A DNA stretch of 63,906 bases, filler included, from Octopus bimaculoides (lineage: Eukaryota): the NCBI RefSeq assembly GCF_001194135.2. It is 7 parts of 4 records of this genome, joined end to end, with 100 filler letters (N's around TTAATTAATTAA, not from the genome) between each part and the next. Parts side by side here need not be neighbours in the genome. Positions count along the whole stretch, not along the records: positions 60,932 to 63,906 come from NC_068981.1; 6 more parts are not named here. One strand, given 5' to 3'. A program made the position numbers and the translations under genes. This document shows, one piece after another, positions 63,338 to 63,906 of the stretch; position 1 is the first letter of the stretch, and every line of letters begins with the position of its first letter. A model generated the notes under the pieces. That model saw nothing but the letters and a program-made list of their open reading frames with translations. It searched no databases and was not told the DNA's origin.

Positions 63338-63530
63338 GGGAGAATGTACGAAAAAACAACAACAGACGAGGACAGGTGGTGTAAATAACAAAAGGATGTA
63401 TTTGTATGACGCTCAGGAATTCGGAAGGTCTTTGACGTTTCGAGCTACGCTCTTCAACAGAAAGAATATGGAGACAAGGAGAAAAACACGGAGAAAAAAA
63501 ATTGAATAGTGTTCAGTCAACGGTAAATCA
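63338..63530 (-). mobile_element. PLE terminal repeat family A, (TA)n on both sides
   Basis: Near-identical to the other three copies. Confidence 0.75.
63429..63465 (-). ncRNA. Minimal hammerhead-like motif, U6 variant
   Basis: Identical to 17868-17904. Confidence 0.65.
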
Positions 63531-63542
63531 TATATATATATA

Positions 63543-63830
63543 TGGACTTGGAAGCTGATACCGTGCACTTGTAAACGATGTTTTTACTAAGACAGCGTTT
63601 ATCTTAAAGATAGGAGGTTGAGCGTCTGCAGCTGCATAGGTTCATAGGGGGTGTTCTGGATGAATTTGTTGGGTGATAGCTATTTAGTGAAGGTTCGGTC
63701 TTAGATTTATTATTAATGGTAGCGTTAAAATTGGTATTTATTAGGGGGTCGAGGAAGACGTCAGGGAGCGAATAACTTTTATGTCCGATAGTCTGGATTT
63801 TATCTACTGCATTGCTTAACTCTTAGTGTG
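63543..63830 (-). mobile_element. PLE linker/endonuclease N-terminal fragment (CNCR-type)
   Basis: NLCSCRRSTSYL*DKRCLSKNIVYKCTVS resembles CNCR....CPLDGKCL..N.VYKATV. Confidence 0.6.
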
Positions 63831-63906
63831 TGTGTGTTTATGAGTGTGCATAATTATATATATATATACGTACCGCTCTCGCTCTCCATATATATATATA
63901 TATATA

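Overview
AT-rich, microsatellite-dense eukaryotic DNA with many N-gaps. The repeat landscape (tRNA-derived SINEs with internal CA/TA tracts, RTE, CR1-like, R4/Dong, Penelope-like elements, MITEs) looks like an octopus genome; this is inference from pattern recognition, not a database result. Six artificial spacers (44 N + TTAATTAATTAA + 44 N) divide the window into seven pieces that need not be true neighbours. The only host gene I can support is five minus-strand exons of the RAD50 C-terminal coiled coil (23704-32307), which splice in frame and include a 30-nt micro-exon. Most long ORFs in the track are microsatellite or N-gap artefacts. The most notable signal is a set of hammerhead-ribozyme-like motifs in Penelope-like element (PLE) termini: minimal motifs with palindromic stem III, a multi-copy family with U instead of A at core position 6, and one motif (47044-47102, minus) in which all canonical core elements and three helices are present in a non-circularly-permuted order. 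All coordinates, folds and alignments were derived by eye; repeat boundaries are approximate and no activity is demonstrated.
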